From: Planctomycetota bacterium
GTDB lineage: Bacteria > Planctomycetota > B15-G4
Assembly: GCA_038212275.1 (NCBI GenBank)
Contig: JBBQUR010000004.1
Span: forward strand, 64,001-128,000
Direction of reading: 5' to 3'
Length of the DNA stretch: 64,000 nucleotides
A program made the translations under genes and the position numbers. The notes beneath the pieces were generated by a model, which did not search any database, was not told the origin of the DNA, and was given only the letters and a program-made list of their open reading frames with translations. Below are positions 61,573 through 64,000 of the stretch, piece by piece. Position 1 is the stretch's first letter. The number at the start of each line of letters is the position of its first letter.

Positions 61573-62210
61573 CAGCGCCTTCGATCGGGGGTCGGCCCCG
61601 CAGGCATCAGCGCGGCGAGCCGGCGTCGGGCGCGATGCGCCTGCACCTTGACCATCACGCGGCTCCAGCCGGTGAGCGTCGCGATCTCCTGCACCGAGAG
61701 TCCCTCGAGGTGCAGGAGCGTGAGCACGAGCCGGTCGCGCGGCGACACGCGGGCGAGCAGTGCGTGGACGATCTCGGCGGCCTCGTTCGCAGCCGACCGG
61801 CCGTCCTCGGCGGCGGGCAGCGTGTCGAGCGTCTCGGGCGTGACACTGGTCAGCGGCCGGTGCCGCGCGGACGTCCGCCAGTGGCGGAAGCCGACCCTCG
61901 TGCCGAGCACGCGCAACCAGTGCACGAAAGGCGCATCGCCGCGAAAGCTGGCCAGACTCTGCCAGGCTTCGACGAAGGTGTCCTGCACGAGCGTCTCGTG
62001 CGTGGCGCGATCGCGCGCGAAGCGATGCATGAGTCGCCCGACCGCCTGCTGGTGCCGCTCGACGAGTCGCGCAAAGGCGCTGCCGTCACCGCGGAGGCTT
62101 GCGTCGATGTCCGTGCGATCCGCCGCATCGGCGGCGGTGTCAGCCCGCGCCGCCGTCTCGATGGTGCCGACAGTACCGCGCCGCTCCACCGCCTGACGTG
62201 CGTCGGTCAT
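61572..62210 (-). CDS. ECF RNA polymerase sigma factor
   Basis: GDGSAFARLVERH, QDTF, FVHWL, LEGLSVQEIA, VKVQAHRARRRL. Confidence 0.92.
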   Translation of the reverse strand: MTDARQAVERRGTVGTIETAARADTAADAADRTDIDASLRGDGSAFARLVERHQQAVGRLMHRFARDRATHETLVQDTFVEAWQSLASFRGDAPFVHWLRVLGTRVGFRHWRTSARHRPLTSVTPETLDTLPAAEDGRSAANEAAEIVHALLARVSPRDRLVLTLLHLEGLSVQEIATLTGWSRVMVKVQAHRARRRLAALMPAGPTPDRRR

Positions 62211-62281
62211 GGAGTGCAGGACAGCCCGCGCCGCCGCCGGAATCCAGGCGTCCAGCGGCGGGCGTGCTGCAGCGAAAGAAG

Positions 62282-62839
62282 TCAACGCTTGCCGGTCCGC
62301 TGCTCACGGAGCAGCTTGAGTTCGGCGCGCTTGTCGGAGTGCGCGGCCTTGCGCTCGGCGCGCAGTGCCTGCAGTCCCGCACTCTGCTGCGGTGTCAGGA
62401 TGCGTTGCGCCTCGGCCCGGACCGCGGCGCGCTGTTCGGCCAGCCTGCGTTCGGCAGCCGCAAGCTCCGTGGCCCGGGCGTTGAGCGCGGCGTCGTCGAC
62501 CTGCGGGGCGCGCGCCGTTTCGTGGAGCGCCTTGCGTGCGCCCTGCCGGGACTCGCGCGCGACCCGAAGCGCGTCACCGTGCTGGCTGCGCGCCTGCTTG
62601 ATCAGTTCCTTCTGGGAAGTCGTGATGCCGAGTTCCTCCACGACGCGATGGCGTTCAGCACGGCGATCAGCGTGACGTCCCGTCAGCTTGTCCGCCACGC
62701 GCTCCGCGATGCGCTTGCCGAGGCGGCCGTGCGGGGTACGCGAGTTGGCGCCGCCGCGAGAGTCCTGCGACCTGGCGTCGGTGGCCAGCGCGCCGCAGAC
62801 GAGAATGATCAGCGAGCCACAGAGCAAGGACGTCCGCAT
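62282..62839 (-). CDS. Spy/CpxP-family periplasmic protein
   Basis: Signal peptide; LGITTSQ and ILTPQQ (LTxxQ) motifs. Confidence 0.8.
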   Translation of the reverse strand: MRTSLLCGSLIILVCGALATDARSQDSRGGANSRTPHGRLGKRIAERVADKLTGRHADRRAERHRVVEELGITTSQKELIKQARSQHGDALRVARESRQGARKALHETARAPQVDDAALNARATELAAAERRLAEQRAAVRAEAQRILTPQQSAGLQALRAERKAAHSDKRAELKLLREQRTGKR

Positions 62840-63026
62840 GAGGGCCTCCGGAGTCGGGTCGAGGGCCGGTCACCGCCGGCCCGCGCCATGAGTGTGCCGC
62901 ATGATGGAAGGGGTTACCTTAGGTGTTCCGGGTAGGGTCTTCCCCATCAGGGTGCATCCGGCTCCGTAGGGTGCGCCGTCGGGGTCTGGCACAGCACGGG
63001 AGATCACCAGCAGGTCGGGGAAATCA

Positions 63027-64000
63027 TTGCACCGGACCTCAGCCCTGGTCTGGACCGTGAGTGTCGTCCTCGCGGCCGTCCTCCTGCCGGGCGCCCTCCA
63101 GGTGCCCCAGTCAAAGCCCGCGCTGCCTCTGCCGCTGGGCCCCAGCCTGGGTCCGAACCTCGTCGACATGGCTCCGGGCGAGTTCCGCATCGTGGGACTG
63201 CCCGTCTCGCTCAATCAACCCGGGCTGTACCGATTCGGCGGCTCCCTGACGGCGTCGGCGCTGATGTCCGCGACGACGGGACCGGAAGCCTTCGGCATCG
63301 TGGTTCGCTCGAGCCACGTTACGATCGACCTCGGCGGCTTCGAACTCGTCGGCGCCACCAACATGATTTCCGGAATCGTCGCGATCGCGACGCGCGGCGA
63401 GCCGCCCCTGGTGAACCTCTGCGTGCGCCATGGAACCGTGCGGCAGTGGGGTGGCTGGGGCATTGACGCAAGCGTCGTCTCGGGCACTCGCTTTCAGGAC
63501 CTGTGCCTGCTTCGCAACGGCGGCGCGGCCAAGTCGAGCGGTGGCCTGCTTGCCGGCCTGCAGGCCACGATCACCGGTTGCCTGGCGAACTGGAACACCA
63601 GTGTCGGCATCTCGGCCGGTGACGGCTCGCTGGTCACGCAGTGCGTCACGAGCTTCAACGAGGGCACGGGCATGGCTCTCGCCCGGGCCTCGAGCGCCGT
63701 GCAGTGCAACGCGACGCAGAACACGGGCTTCGGATTCGACTCGGGCGTCGGCACCTCGCTGCAGAACTGCATGGCGGGATTGAACGGAGGCGTGGGCTTC
63801 TCGACCAGCACGGCGGCAACGCTGCGCGACTGCGATGCGTGGGGCAACAGCGTCGGCATCGCGGTGGCGGGGGACGCGCTCGTCGTCGGCAGCCACGTCG
63901 CGGACAATGGCGGCGCGGGAATCTACCTGCGCGGCGACGGCACGCGCGCGGACAGCAACCACCTCACGGGCAACGGTGTCGGCCTGATGGTGGCGGGGCG
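63027..64000 (+). CDS. Secreted right-handed parallel beta-helix protein (3' end runs off the window)
   Basis: Not in the ORF track. Hand translation from TTG 63027: hydrophobic leader, LPVSLNQPGLY, VTIDLGGFEL, then repeated C..N..G beta-helix coils. Confidence 0.8.
   Translation, partial: MHRTSALVWTVSVVLAAVLLPGALQVPQSKPALPLPLGPSLGPNLVDMAPGEFRIVGLPVSLNQPGLYRFGGSLTASALMSATTGPEAFGIVVRSSHVTIDLGGFELVGATNMISGIVAIATRGEPPLVNLCVRHGTVRQWGGWGIDASVVSGTRFQDLCLLRNGGAAKSSGGLLAGLQATITGCLANWNTSVGISAGDGSLVTQCVTSFNEGTGMALARASSAVQCNATQNTGFGFDSGVGTSLQNCMAGLNGGVGFSTSTAATLRDCDAWGNSVGIAVAGDALVVGSHVADNGGAGIYLRGDGTRADSNHLTGNGVGLMVAG

Overview
A GC-rich (roughly 70% by eye), gene-dense bacterial chromosome segment. 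It is most likely from a Planctomycetota member, inferred from a DUF1570-like HExxH protein, an NPCBM protein, a planctomycete-style Ser/Thr kinase, a CRTAC1/ASPIC-UnbV protein and a groEL-groES-groEL-dnaJ-grpE cluster. Core content: a chaperone operon with FmdB-like and radical SAM genes, tandem alkaline-phosphatase-superfamily lipoproteins, radC, trm112-yidC-[glycan module]-mnmE, a kinase, nrdR-[NrdD-like]-smc, an LPS cluster (lpxL-like, DHS-like, hldE, waaF), an M16 peptidase with RNA-modification genes, clpB, a GH15-like gene, and an ECF/Spy/CRTAC1/RnfD-like module. I saw no tRNA, rRNA, CRISPR array, transposase or integrase. Most notable: (1) an nrdR-[two-ATP-cone class III RNR homologue lacking its catalytic elements]-smc operon with overlapping genes, preceded by two NrdR-box-like motifs 31 bp apart; (2) a structured intergenic region after smc containing a hammerhead-ribozyme-like core with one non-consensus base; (3) matching sigma54 promoters plus a shared TGCCA-N3-(T/C)GGC motif upstream of both groEL and clpB; (4) three genes that appear to start at non-canonical codons (ATT, CTG). 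All calls come from motif reading and recalled family features; no database searches were run.
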